From the NCBI GenBank assembly GCA_030390025.1, contig CM059432.1, forward strand, positions 136,030,001-136,094,000: a stretch of DNA of 64,000 nt, read 5' to 3'. Made by a program: the position numbers and the translations under genes. How positions within the stretch are numbered: the first letter of the stretch is position 1; each line of letters starts with the position of its first letter. The DNA is from Squalus acanthias. Its lineage: Eukaryota. The notes beneath the pieces were generated by a model that worked only from the letters and a program-made list of their open reading frames with translations, searched no databases and was not told the DNA's origin. Below are positions 1-12,787 of the stretch, in pieces.

Positions 1-1193
1 CAGTGATAGAGAGATGGCAGAAATATTAAATAATTACTTTGCCTCAGTATTTACCAGGGAGATAGAACAGGTGGACATGACATTGGATCATGAGGTTAGT
101 AATGAAATAACTGCATTTAAAATAAAAAGAGGAGATATATTAAATAAACTAATCAAACTCAAAGAGAAAAAAAATCCCTAGTCCGGATGGATTACATCTG
201 CGCTTTTTAAAAGAATCTAGGGAAGAGATAGCAGAGGCATTACTACACATATTTAATAATTCATTAGAAAAAGGTGAAGTGCCAGAGGACTGGCGGATAG
301 CTAACATACCTATATTTAAGACGGGAGATAGAACATGTCCAGGGAATTATAGACCAGTCAGCTTAACATCGGTGGTAGGAAAAATAATGGAATCCCTACT
401 AAAGGAGAAAATAGAAGAACATCTAGAAACCAAAAATATAATAATGAATAGTCAGCATGGATTTCAAAAGGGAAAGTCTTGCTTGACCAACCTCATTGAA
501 TTTTTTGAAGAGGTGACAGAGAGAGTAGACAAGTTTAATACAGTAGATGTAATTTATCTAGATTTTCAAAAGGCCTTCGATAAAGTACCACATAATAGAC
601 TAATGAGTAAGGTCAGAGAATGCGGAGTCAGGGGACAAGTAACAGAGTGGATAGCTAGCTGGCTTCAAGAACAGAAAGCAGAGAGTAGGGGTAAAGGGTA
701 GCTATTCACAGTGGCAGAAGGTGGGAAGTGGTGTTCCACAAGGATCAATGGTGGGACCACTGCTGTTCACAATTTATATTAACGATTTAGACTTTGGAAT
801 CAAAAACACAATTTCTAAATTTGCAGATAACACCAAATTAGGGGGGATAGTTAATACTGAGGAGGACTGCAACAAATTACAGGAAGATATTAATAAACTT
901 GCAGAATGGGCATATAATTGGCAAATAAAATTCAACACAGATAAATGTGAGGTATTACATTTTGGTAGGAAGAATAGGGAGGTCACTTATCAGTTGGAAG
1001 GTGCGAGTCTAGGTGGGGTAGAGGAGCAAAGGGATCTCGGAGTACAAATACACAAATCACTAAAAGTAGCGACACAAGTTAACAAGGCCATAAAAAAGCA
1101 AACCAGGCACTAGGGTTTATTTCTAGAGGGATAGAATTGAAGAGTCGTGAAGTTATGCTAAACTTGTATCGAACCTTTGTTAGACCACACTTG
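1..1193 (+). mobile_element. CR1 LINE ORF2 (reverse transcriptase), decayed; 5' part, interrupted by a Harbinger element
   Basis: ORFs 279-701 and 721-1113 carry NYRPVSLTS, QHGF, YLDFQKAFDKV, GVPQGS and (F)ADN. The sequence resumes at 3835. Confidence 0.95.
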
Positions 1194-3834
1194 GGGTTGG
1201 ATTTTACCAGCCCTGAGGAGGCGGGTTTGGAGGCGTGCGAGTTGTTAAAATCGCCAAAAATGGCGGGCGGGCCCGATCCCGCCTCCATCCCGCCTCCGAG
1301 CAATTTTCCCAAATTCGTGTTTGCTGACCCCCTTTCCATCCCGCCTCCAAGAGGCGGGATAGGCCCTTAAGGCCCTTAACAACCACTTAATTGCCTCTAT
1401 AATCCCATTTTGAGAGGCCTTTCCAATTTTTAGACATTCCCCCCTTCCTACACGCCTCCTCTGGAACATGCCAGGTAATGCTGGCAGCCTCACAAGTGGA
1501 TTGCTTATTAACAGCTGCAGCTCCACCATTACAAAGGAGTTTTCACCAATGATCATTTGCAGGTGGCAACACAGCATCCAAGTGACTACCCTTGTGACTA
1601 CTTGTGCTTTATCTTCCTCTTACGCGTGCTCCTACGTGGTGCTTCCCCTGTGGCTTCAGCAGATGTGAAGGCCCCTTGCTCACTCTCTTGCTGCTCCTGT
1701 CTCGATGCCTTTGGCGGGCGTCCTCTGGGGTGGCGAACCTGCGCGGGCTCGCCAACAGTCTGCTGCTCCTGCGGCTGTGCAAGGGTTGAGATGCCCATCT
1801 CAGTTGGGTGAGGACTCTGGTGGGGCTCTGACTGAGGACTTTGCTGTGGCATGGTCGTGTGAGCGCTTGGAGAGGAGCCCCCACTTCCTTGTTGTCTGTC
1901 ACCAACATCCCTCTCATGGGTCAGCCCCACTTCAGAGCTAGCAAATGGCTTGACAGCACCTTGCTGCACTGCAGGGGGGCCATGAGGACCCGTTTCTGCG
2001 CTGGAAGTCCTACTCCAGAGGACTTGCATGAAGGTCTGGTTTGTTTGCTCAATAGCTGACCATCGCTCCTCAAGAGATGTCATTCTATTCTGAACAATGA
2101 CCATGTTTTCAATACGCTGGCGACTAAGCTCCTCCATGGACGTAGTCATCCTCTCCTCTACCGTAGCCATCCTCTCCTCTACGGCAGCCAGCCTTACCAT
2201 GGAGGTAGCCATCCTTTCCATGGTGATGCGTTCATGCGCCAATGCCTCCACAAAGGCTCTGCTCATGTTCGCGATGGACTCCTCCATTCGCTCCACACTC
2301 GCAGCGACCCTGGAGACAAAACCTGTCAGAGACTCCTACATCTGTTCCTGGAGTTCCAGCACCGCTCTCCTTCTGGATGGACCCGGAGGCACAGGGTCGA
2401 CATGCAGCGGAGCCGAGCTGGCAGAGACCTGCGCCCTCCGACGAGGACTCTCCACTGCTGTCCCTGTCTCCACCATCTGCTGATGCTCACTTGTGAGCTG
2501 TGATACACCAGGTGACAACACTACTCTATCTCGTGAAGGTCCCACCGATGTGTGAGTGTCTGCGCTGGTGGTACGCTGAATTCTGCTAACGCTGTGCCCT
2601 CAGAGGTTACAGCTTCCTCTGAGGAGTCTGGAGGCTCAGGCTATTCCTCCTGGACAGTGGGGACGGAGGCTTTCGATGGTCCTGTGGGGGTGTAAAGGAA
2701 AGAGTTAGAGATGTGAGGCCAAGGTTACATGCACATTGAAGATTGCAGATGATCATAAGTCAATCTGTTAGTGCATCAGAATCATTATCAGCGACTCATG
2801 CTATGTCAATGAGAGAGATTCCAAACTATTCTGTCACCAGCTTGCTGTGATGCGCCCTTCTGTCCGTCCCCCACTTGGGTATCCTCCTCGATCCCAGCAA
2901 TTTCCAGGGCCGCCTCCTCCCAGGGGGTGAGCTGGGCTACTGAGGGTGGCCCTCCTCCTGTCACGGCTCTTTCCCTCTTATTGTGAGCTCTCTTTTCCTG
3001 TAATGAGGGACACAAGTGGAGTTTGAGTGAGAATGAAGGAGTGAGTGTAGTGAATGCATAGCATAGATGCTTAGAAGGATACAAAGGACCCTCCCTCTGT
3101 GTTGTAAGTTGTTGTCATGGCATCACAGTGATAGGGAGTGAGGGCTGCATGGTCGAATAGTTAAGTGAATGTGACCATAGAGAGAGAGGGAATGGGTAAG
3201 GGTGCAGGGATGTAAGTGTCAAGTGGCATGTGGAGGAAGAGGTTGGCAAAGCAGAGTGCTGGTGAGGAGAGGCGATGGGGATCAGATTGAGGGTGATGGG
3301 AAAGTCATACTCACTTTTCCTGTGCGGGGAAGGTCATGAAACCTCTTCCTGCATTGTAACCTGGTTCTGCGGCTCATCGAAATGGAGTTGACCTCCTGGG
3401 CCACTTGTAGCCACACAGCTTTTGTCTGCTGGGGTGGCTTTTTTCTCCCTGAGGAAGGGAACAGCACCTCCTTATTACAGCTGGCTCTGTACACCAGAGC
3501 TTGGAGGGAGGGCTCATCAAACCGAGGAGCACACTTTTGCTTGATCGTTGACAATTTCCACAATTCAACTCCTTCATATAAATTGTAGAGCCTTTGCAGT
3601 CTCCAGAAGAATCAAGGCTGCTTGCAGGCCTTAAATCCAACAGCATTGATGACGTCATCGGAGGCGACTTTCTGTACGAAAAGACTCATTGGGCCAGTGG
3701 TTCCCACATGCAGGAAATCAATTGCCCAATTAGGGGAAAATCCCACTTTTTCAACACATCACTTAGGAGTCGGGGTCCTGACACGATTTCCACCTGACAC
3801 ACCCCAACCCGCCCACACTGACAAAATCCAGCCC
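1194..3834 (-). mobile_element. Non-autonomous PIF/Harbinger DNA transposon carrying only a Myb/SANT gene
   Basis: TIRs GGGTTGGATTTT / AAAATCCAGCCC. 3-bp TSD TTG at 1191-1193 and 3835-3837. Removing it restores the CR1 RPHLE motif. Confidence 0.9.
1598..3563 (-). pseudogene. Harbinger Myb/SANT-like DNA-binding protein, 3 exons (about 3563-3315, 2997-2838, 2681-1598), disrupted
   Basis: APRFDEPSLQALV...WLQVAQEVNS...QCRKRFHDL, then a GTGAGT donor. Exon 2 reads EKRAHNKRERAVTGGGPP with CAG/GT boundaries. Exon 3 has a coiled-coil-like stretch and RGRP/KRK basic tail. In-frame stops at about 2641 and 2336 plus a frameshift. Confidence 0.85.
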
Positions 3835-4392
3835 TTGGAGTGCTGCAAACAATTCTGGTCGCCATACTATAAAAATGATATAGAGGCACTGGAGAGGGTG
3901 CAGAGAAGATTTACAAGGACAATATCAGAAATGCGAGGGTGTACCTATCAGGAAAGGATGAACAGGCTGGGTCTCTTTTCTTTTGAAAAAAGAAGGCTGA
4001 GGGGGGACCTAATTGAGGTCTTTAAAATTATGAAGGGTTTTGATAGAGTGGATACAGAGAGAACGTTTCCACTTGTGGGAAAGAACATAACTAGAGGCCA
4101 TCAATATAAGATAGTCACCAAGAAATCAAATAGGGAATTCAGAAGAAACTCTTTCCCCAGAGAGTGGTGAGAATGTGGAACTCGCTACCACAGGGAGTGG
4201 TTGAGGTGAATAGTATAGATGCATTAAAGGGGAGGCTAGACAAGCATATGGGGGAGAAGGGAATAGAGGGTTATGCTGACAGAATTAGATGAGGAAAGAC
4301 GGGAGGAGGCTCGAGTGGAGCATAAATGTCGGCATGGACTGGTTTGGCCGAATGGCCTGTTTCTGCACCGTATTTCCTATGTAATCCTATGT
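3835..4392 (+). mobile_element. CR1 LINE 3' part (end of ORF2 and 3' UTR)
   Basis: QFWSPY...LERVQRRFTR...RLRGDLIEVFKIM, followed by a CR1 3' tail. Confidence 0.93.
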
Positions 4393-4396
4393 AAAA

Positions 4397-4682
4397 CCAA
4401 TTTGCACACAGCAGGCTCCCATAAACAGCAATGTGATAATGACCAGATCATCTATTTTTTTGATGTTGGTTGAGGGATAAATATTGGCCAGGACACCGGG
4501 GAGAACCTTCCTGTTCTTCTTTGAAATAGAGCCATTGGATCTTTTACATCCACCTGAGAGTGAAGACGGAGCTTCAGCTTAACGTCTCATCTAAAAGACC
4601 CCACCTCCGACAGTGCAGCACTCCCTCAGTACGGCACTGGGAATGTCAGCCTAGATTTTGTGCTCAAGTCTCTGAGTGGGAC
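4397..4682 (-). mobile_element. Deu-domain SINE (SacSINE1-like), partial
   Basis: Reverse complement of the Deu core seen in the fuller copies at 15708 and 24940. Confidence 0.8.
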
Positions 4683-4874
4683 AGCAGAAGGGCTGAGGGC
4701 AAGTTTAAGGACAGGTGCCAGCTACAGGTTCATGAAAGCATTCTGCTTTTCTTTCATCTCATCGTATTGTAAACTGCATTAACTCTCAGCAAACCCTACT
4801 GTCCCCCTCCCTACTGAAAGTGACATGTGAACTCAGCTCCTCGCCAACTCATTCTAACCTTTTTACCTCTTCTA

Positions 4875-6040
4875 TAAGAACATAAGAAATAGGAGCAGGA
4901 GTAGGCCATACAGCCCCTCGAGCCTGCTCCACCATTCAAAAAGATCATGGTTGATCTTCGACCTCAACTCCACTTTCCTACCCATACCCCATATCCCTTG
5001 ATTCCCTTAGAGTCCAAGGGGGAAAAATTCAGTTGGTTGCGCCTCCTGTTAGCACCTTAAGAGGGCGCTAATAGGGCACAAAGTAACTAGCGCCCGGGCG
5101 CAGCGATGTTTGCGCCGCTCGCGAAATTAACTAGACATTTTGCGGCGGCGCTAAACACTACCTGCCACGATCTCCTGCGCCGGCAGATCGTGACGTCAGT
5201 CGAGTGCGCAACGCCCCGGTAGCGCCCCGGAGCGGATATTGAGTGGCGCCCCCTGCCTTACTGCCTGCCGCTAACAACGACAGGTTGAGGGGAGCGTTTT
5301 GCAGTCAGGAAGGGACTGGAGGAACGCTATTTAAAGGCGAATGCTTCCTGCCTTTTTTTGTTGGTGACATTTTTGCACCACGCATTCTGAGAGAGAGAGA
5401 GAGAGAGAGAGACTTCTGGAGAGATTCAATGCTGTGTGAAGGAGTTTTGGGTACTGAGCAGCACTTTGCAGGTTCATTTTGATTTGCCCTTCCTTGCATC
5501 TATTTAGAAGAGACTGTGGGGGCTGCACTCTGAGCTCTTTCCCTGGTTCTCTCCATTGTTCTTTCCAGCAGATTTGATGTACAGGTCTCTCCAGGCCAAG
5601 ATTCAAGGCTGCAATGAGCAGGATGTGGATGGAGAGCAAAATCAACCCTCCCCTTTAAGAACTGGCTGGCGCCATTGTGTCTGTGTTCCATTGCTGACTG
5701 ACATCACATGAGCTTTGCCAGTGCTCTGAGTTAGCGCCTCGCTCCTCGGCCTTTGCGCCTTAAGACAGGTGTGAAGCGCCTGATTTAGCGCTCCAATCAC
5801 CTCCAGGGGCGATAAAAGCCAAGTTTGCAGTCGGAGGCGATAATTAGCGCCAGGTGCTAATCTTTGCGCCCGGCCGATAATTGCGCCCCAAATGGGGCGA
5901 TACTGAATTTTTCCCCCAAAAAATCTATCTATCTCAGCCTTGAATATACTCAACGACTGAACATCCACAGCCCTCTGGGGGAGAGAATTCCAAATATTCA
6001 CAGCTCTCTGAGTGAAGAAATTTCTCCTCATCTCAGACCT
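4875..6040 (-). mobile_element. CR1 3' end, split by a MITE at 5018
   Basis: (AAGAACAT)-type tail. Matches the uninterrupted copy at 9053-9385. Confidence 0.85.
5018..5917 (-). mobile_element. Harbinger-type MITE family A, copy 1
   Basis: TIRs GGGGGAAAAATTCAGT / ACTGAATTTTTCCCCC, TSD approximately CAA. Homologous to the copies at 40976, 47402 and 61158. Confidence 0.9.
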
Positions 6041-6129
6041 AAAAAGAAAAAAGAAAAAGAAAGACTTGCATTTGTATAGCACCTTTCACGACCACCCCAA
6101 AGTGCTTTACAGCCAATTAAGCCACTTCC

Positions 6130-7010
6130 GGCCTCCAAATGATTCTGGCTGGGATACAGACAATGATGTCTCAGGGCTTCACCAATCTCACTGGAACCAT
6201 TCGGTTTGCTTTCCCACCGAGCAGTGGCCCTGTAGAGCCAGCGCCCAGTACGAGTGGCATAGCAGGAGCTCCCTCAGGTACTGGTGCTGTCTTTCAGGAT
6301 GCTTGCCCTCCCGCAAGCCCACACAGATGCCTAGATATGTAGCAGAAAGAAGGCAGAGTGACGCTGGCCACAAGAGCTGTAGCCGTCCAAAAGCTTGTCT
6401 TTCTGGGTCAAAGAGTGCTGGCATGGCGGACTGCCTTAAAATGAGGGCATCTTGGCAACTGTCGGGAATGGGAGGAATCACTCGCGTGATGCAATGCTGC
6501 TGGTTGCAAACAAATTGGGAATTGAGAGAATGGAATCCTTTCCTGTTGAAGTATGAGATGGAGTTGATCAAAGGAGCAGGGACAGCCATGCGGGTGCAAC
6601 CTATGACTCCTTAGAGGATGGGGAATCCGACTCTGTAAAACTCTCAGGCTGCCGCTAGTTGGCCATGGGGAAGTGGATCCATTGGCTTGCTGTTGCGAGC
6701 AGTGCATCTGCGACTTGCTTCCTGCATCTGTGCACAGCCGATTGGTTAATGCCGCTGTCGCCTCCAGCGGCAGCCTGGAGTGATCCCGTAAGCCTAGAAG
6801 CTCAGGGCGATTGTAACTTTTACATCACCAGCGGTACGATGCTTGTGGTGGAAATGGGCTGTAGCTCAGCTTGAAACGTGGGGCATAACTCACTGATGGC
6901 TTCCTTTGTGAAGCGCAGCCTCTACAAGCGTTGTTCCTGCTGTCGGCTGGAGGTGGGAGCAACTTGGTCCGTGTACTCCAGTGCGGCGGACATCAGTGGA
7001 TGGCGCCATA
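6130..7010 (-). pseudogene. Decayed Harbinger (HARBI1-like) DDE transposase
   Basis: Minus-strand fragments RLRFTKEAISELC, INQSAVHRC..QVADAL, GFPIL*GVIGCTRMAVPAP, FNRKGFHSLNSQFVC and SCQDALILRQS. Confidence 0.85.
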
Positions 7011-7696
7011 CGTCTTCTGTACTGCCTGATCCCACCCTGGCTCCCTCCTTAGCTCATCGTACCCTCAAAAAAACAAAGATACAGGGCTATTCCTGTTGGG
7101 AAATCCATCGTGGCCTCTTTAGAATTGGGATGGGCGGGGTGGGGGGAGGGGCAGGAGGCACAAAGGGATCAAGCAGTTGTCAACAAAATAAAAGGCCCAA
7201 ATCACCTGAGAAATAAGCTTTCTATGAATCTTTTTAAATTACCGGCTGGGCTCTTTAAATCCATTCTGGACGTTATTCTATGCGGGCGTGATTGATGCTC
7301 AATGGAAATGAGGCAGCAATGTCACAAAATGAGGCGTATTTACTGTCTGATTAAATATACCTGACACTTTCAGGGCTGGAAGTGACGGCAGGAGCTTTGG
7401 GGTGAGCTCAGCCAATTCACCAGAAAATCTTGGTTGTGAAGACGAGCCGCTTTGCTTTTTAATAAAAAAAAATTGACAAACTATTTCTTAATTAAATATT
7501 CCAATATGCAGTAATTAGATTCATTCCACAGCTGGGACTCCATCTCATCCAGCCAATTAGGCAGTTGAATGACAGACATATTGATAGGCTTGGAATGCAA
7601 CCTGTTACCATGGAATTCAGTGAATAAAATCAACGTGTGAATTTGTTCTAATGAAAATACTTTCGTGCTGTCTGATAAGATGGCCCAGCCCAGCAT

Positions 7697-8010
7697 AACA
7701 ACAACAACAACTTGCATTTATATAGCACCGTTAACAGAGTAAAACGTCCCAAGGCACTTCACAGGAGCGATTATCAGACAAAATTTGACAGCGAGCCACA
7801 TAAGGAGATATTGGGGCAACTGGTCAAAGAGGTAGGTTTTAAAGAGCATCTTAAAGGAGGAAAGAGAGGCAGAGAAGCAGAGAGGTTTAGGGAGGGAATT
7901 CCAGAGCTCAGGGCATCGGCAGCTGAAGGCACGGCCGCCAATGGTGGAGCAATTAAAATCGGGGATGCTCAAGAGGCCAGAATTAGAGGAGCGCAGAGAT
8001 CTCAGGGGGA
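7697..8010 (-). mobile_element. L2-type LINE 3' fragment
   Basis: GGRAFSC..PELWNSLP..FKTYLF motif and a (TTG)n tail. Confidence 0.85.
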
Positions 8011-8166
8011 TAACACAGCAAGTTAATACTATAGTCCAGACAATGAGATGTGGAAGGATAACTTTCTGATCTTGCCCACTATAGAATGTGGAGCGCACGT
8101 GGATCTTGTGGGTTATGTGTCTCACACCTCACAGAAATGTACACATTTCTATCATACTTGTGCTGG

Positions 8167-8515
8167 CAGATAGAATAGATAAGGAGAAACTGTTTCCACT
8201 GGCAGGAGGGTCGGTAACCAAATGACACAGATTTAAAATAATTGGCAAAAAAAACCAGGGAGGAGATGAGGAGAATTTTTTCTTTTACACAGTAAGTTGT
8301 TATGATCTGAAATGTACTGCCTGAAAGGGCGGTGGAAGCAGATTCAGTAGGGACTTTCAAAAGGGAATTGGATAAATACTTTAAAAGGAAAAATTTGCAG
8401 GACTATGGGGAAGAGCAGGGCGGGAGTGGGACTAATTGGATCGCTCTTTCAAAGAGCCGGCACAAGCATGGTGGGCCGAATGGCCTGCTTCTGTGCTCTA
8501 TGATTCTATGGTTCA
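8167..8515 (+). mobile_element. CR1 3' fragment
   Basis: NFF.TQ.V..IWN-like and FKRELDKY motifs, then a CR1 3' UTR. Confidence 0.8.
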
Positions 8516-9052
8516 TGCTGTACTTCACTAGAGGAAAAAAATCTACTATAAAGTATACTGTAGCAAAAACCCCATAGTATCTTACTACAGTATTTAATAT
8601 TTATTACTGTACATTGAACAGGGTTGAACATCATCTGCAAGAGATCTACATTACAATAGACTCTTAAATAATCCATTATTATAGTACTAGCATAACTAGA
8701 ATACATCTGAAGTTATAAGACTGTTTATCGTGCACAATAGTTCTGTGTTACTATAGACTAGTGATACAATATAATCTATGGAAATATTTTGATAGCATAA
8801 TTTAACACATACAAAATAATTTATATCTGGGAGCAGTTTACAAAGCAGTAGACTATTCAGGGGATGCAGGTGACTGTACATCAACCCCTCCCTCTGCAAA
8901 TAGATTAGTAACTTGTGTTTTTATTTGCTTTTTTATCTTGCCATCATTTTTTTCCCCTTAATAGTATTTCATTGCTCTAGATCTGTATTTATGCCAAATG
9001 TGGAAGTCAGTGCTGTTGCTATCTTTTTATCTATCTATCTGTGGCATCAACA

Positions 9053-9385
9053 CATAACAACATAAGAAATAGGAGCTAGAGTAGGCCATACTGCCCCTCA
9101 AACCTGCTCCGCCATTCAATAAGATCATGACTGACCTTCGACCTCAACTACACCTTCCCGCCCGATCCCCATATCCCTTGATTCCCTTCGAGTCCAAAAA
9201 TCTATCGATCTCAGCCTTGAATATACTCAACGACTGAGCATCCACAGCCCTCTGGGGTAGAGAATTCCAAAGATTCACAACCCTCTGAGTGAAGAAATTT
9301 CTCCTCATCTCAGTCCAAAATGGCCAACTCCTTATCCTGAGACTATGCCCCCTAGTTCTAGACTCCCCAGCCAGGGGAAACAGCC
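9053..9385 (-). mobile_element. CR1 3' fragment
   Basis: Same tail family as 4875 and 58934. Confidence 0.85.
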
Positions 9386-9789
9386 ATGCAATTTTATTAG
9401 AAACACATTCATTAAATTTTATTAATAAATAAATATCAAAGTTATATCATTGTAAAATTACGACAGTGTTAGCAATCAACTCTTTAGTATTTTTTGCAAG
9501 GGATTGATGGCCTCTCGTGGATTAGTATATGGCCCATCCACCCTCTGAATCCAAGGGTGATTCACGCAGGCTTGTGCCCAACAAGAAAAAAAGAAAAGAA
9601 CATTAAAATAGTGCTAGGAAAAAAAAAACCCTAGTGCTTTCTATTTTAAATCTCAGTATTAATTAAAGTTTACATTGGCAGAAAAGATTGAAACATGAGA
9701 TAAGTGCACACAAAAGAAAAAATAAAGAATGCAAATGTCACATGTCCTTAGCACAAAACAACATTGGAACCACTTGAAAGGGTTAATGG

Positions 9790-9980
9790 TCTGGAATTCC
9801 CTCCCTAAACCTCTCTACCTCTCGCTCCTCCTTTAAGACGCTTCTTAAAACCTACCTCTTCAGCCAAGCTTTTGGTCACCTGTCCAAAATCTTCTTATGG
9901 GGCTCGGTGTCAAATTTTGTTTGATAACGCCTTGGGACGTGTTACTACATTAAAGGCATGGCAGAAATGCAAGTTGTTGT
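9790..9980 (+). mobile_element. L2 3' fragment
   Basis: CTGGAATTCCCTCCCTAAACC...GCAAGTTGTTGT. Confidence 0.8.
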
Positions 9981-10520
9981 CATCATAAGGACTATACCTG
10001 CCTCTTAGATTTCCGACACCACATAGGGATTGAATACAGTGACAGGAGTGAGGTGCCTGGTTTAATATTTGAACCTGATGCCGTCCCCTTTGCTGTTCCT
10101 CCCCTGCTGAGTGCTGATTCCCCCAGCAGCCTCCATGTGTGTCTCTGGCATGGTGTTTGGATGGCTATAAAACCAGCCTTAATTTCTAACACATTGGTAA
10201 GCTTACACTCTGATCATTCGGCACAGGAGATTACAAAAGATGCAGCTATTGCTTAATTGCTTGTGGCCATATGGACTGTCATCATGAGTGACCTCTTTGA
10301 TCTCAAGCTAAGCTGTTAATTTTGTTTCCAAAACCGTCTGTTTCTAATGCCAGTGTGTGTGTATATACATATATCACTTATGCTGTGCCAGATTTTTTTT
10401 TGCAATTATGCCCTTGATTCATACGCAGTGCTATTAGTTCAAAAAAAGGAAATGTGAGCCAGGAGAGGGAAAAGAGAAGGAAAAATCATTTACTGGGGAC
10501 AGAGGTTACATTCACTCATT

Positions 10521-11539
10521 GGGGTAGAAATTGGCAAGTGTTGCGCCCGTTTTTTTTTGGACATAAAGACGGGCGCAAAGTGAACTAATTTAGCAGTGGG
10601 AAGGATAGCACCCAATCGCCGCAGGCATTGGTCCCACTGCCAAACCTGTATGTTTAATGCCTCTGCAGAGCTGTATCATGATGTCTAAAGATGTTGAAGA
10701 TTAGGAGGCGTAGACAGCTGACAAAATCCAACATCAGAATGATTCTGATAGAAGCAAAAAGGACACTTCAGCTGCTGGATCTTCCCCAGAGCCACCTTGT
10801 ACAAGAAGGAGTCATCATTCATTGGCCAGTAATTTCCGATAGGAGGCTTCCTGCGTGCGGATGCCTCCTATCGGAAAAAAATCTACGAACCGGACACTTC
10901 TGCTCCTGGGCCTCTCCACAGTCGAAATGTGCAGGGCCCAGGTATCCCAGGGGCGCAGGCAGTTCGCAAGCGTCCCTGGGATCACGTGGGGCCAGGCCAG
11001 CCAATAGGAGAAGGTAAAAAGACCTGTCAAATATATGAATGGAGATCACCCCCAAAATACACTAAAACATTAAATGCATTTAAAAAAACCATCACGTTTT
11101 TAAAATTAGTTAAAATTACATTGAATTAAATATTTTAAACAAAAATTTAATTTTTTGAAAAAAATAATTAAAGTTTTTTACGGGACTAAAAATAAACTTA
11201 CCTTTTTTAAAAGTATTTTTAAATTATAAATGAGTGAAAAAAAATTAAAAATTTTTTTTTCAGCTCTTATGCTGGTAAAAGCAGGCCTTACACCTGCTTT
11301 TACCAGGCGTAAGATTTCTAAGGGTTTTCAGCAGGCGGAGGTTCTGCAGAAAGCGGAACTCTCCCCCCGCAGAGGCCCTTCTCTAGGGCAGGCGTCCGAT
11401 CTGTCGAGAGCATTCTTGACAGATCGGAAATACTGGTTTTCAGCGCATGCGCTTCGCTTGCCTGAAACCGGCATTTCCGATGTCCCTACAGGCGTGTACA
11501 CAGCACGTACACACCCGTAGGGATCGGAATATACAGGCC
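10521..11539. mobile_element. Harbinger-type MITE with AT-rich core
   Basis: Imperfect ends GGGGTAGAAATT / AATATACAGGCC flanked by ATT on both sides. AT-rich core related to 32070-32300. Confidence 0.65.
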
Positions 11540-12312
11540 ATTATATCGGGAAAACATGAGGAGCACATATCCTATAGACATTAGGAATTACTGCAAGCAA
11601 AAAACAATAAGATTTGCAGGTGCTAGAAGCCTGAAACAAAAGCAGAAGATGCTGGAAACAGGGAGTGTCCGTGAGGAGAAGAGATGAGTTACTGTTTTAG
11701 ATGTGGACTCCACATTGAAATAGCCGTCAGCTCTTTGGAACTCTCTGCCCAACCTACTGCACCTTTTTGTTTAACCCCCTCCTCCTCTTTAAAAGCCTCT
11801 TCAGCCAAGCTTTCAGTTACCTCTCCTAACCGTTCCATATTGGCTCGTAAGGCCTGCTCCTGTTCTCCTCTGTAGAGTGCCTTGGGAAGCTTTTACCACA
11901 TGAAGTGCTTTGTAAATGCAGGCAGTTGTGGAAGATATGTCAAATTAAAAAACATTTTCCATCACTTCTTAGCCTTAGATCGTTTTTTACCGTGATGCGG
12001 GAAAACTGGCTTGCCGTTTCAATTTCTTCTTTTTAAACTGTCTTGATTCCTGCAGAGGTTTGCACAGCAGTGATTTTCAAACATGTTTGTTCAGGGATCT
12101 GCTGGAAGTATTGACACACTTTTTGGGACACCCTGTCATAACTTTCGAATTAAATCGACTTTCTGTCATTAATGCAGCAATAGGCATGAGACTGATTCCT
12201 GATAGATTACGATAAGTAACTGTACAATGCAATGCATTGAAAATATATTTAAAATTACAATGAATTACACAGAATGTACAGCACAGAAACAGGCCATTCA
12301 GCCCAACAGGTT

Positions 12313-12716
12313 CAAAAAAAAGAAAGACTTGCATTTATATAGCACCTTTCACGACCTCACAACATCCCAAGGCACTTGACAGCCACTGAAGTACATTTGA
12401 AGTGTGCTCACTGTTGTTTTGCAGAAGCACAGCAGCCAATTTGTGCACAGAAAGCTCCCACAAACAGCAATGTGATAATGACCAGATAATCCGTTTTTAG
12501 TGATGTTGATTGAGGGATAAATATTGGCCAGGACACCGGGGATAACGCCGCCGCTCTTCTTCGATATAGTGCCATGGGATCTTTTATATCCACCTGTGAG
12601 AGCAGACGGAGCCTCGGTTTAACATCTCATCCAAAAGATGGCACCTCCGACAGTGCAGCACTCCCTCAGTATTGCACTAGATTTTTGTGCTCAAGTTTCT
12701 GGACCCAGAACCTTCA

Positions 12717-12751
<35 letters not shown>

Positions 12752-12756
12752 GCTGA
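12313..12756 (-). mobile_element. Deu-domain SINE inserted in a CR1 tail
   Basis: tRNA-like head (rc GTGGCTCAGTGGGTAGC), Deu core and CTTT tail. Confidence 0.85.
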
Positions 12757-12787
12757 CACATCATGCCAGTGTTTATGCTCCACATGA

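Noticed and set aside
6012..6614. 200-aa plus-strand ORF
   Set aside because: Antisense shadow spanning CR1, SINE and transposase remnants
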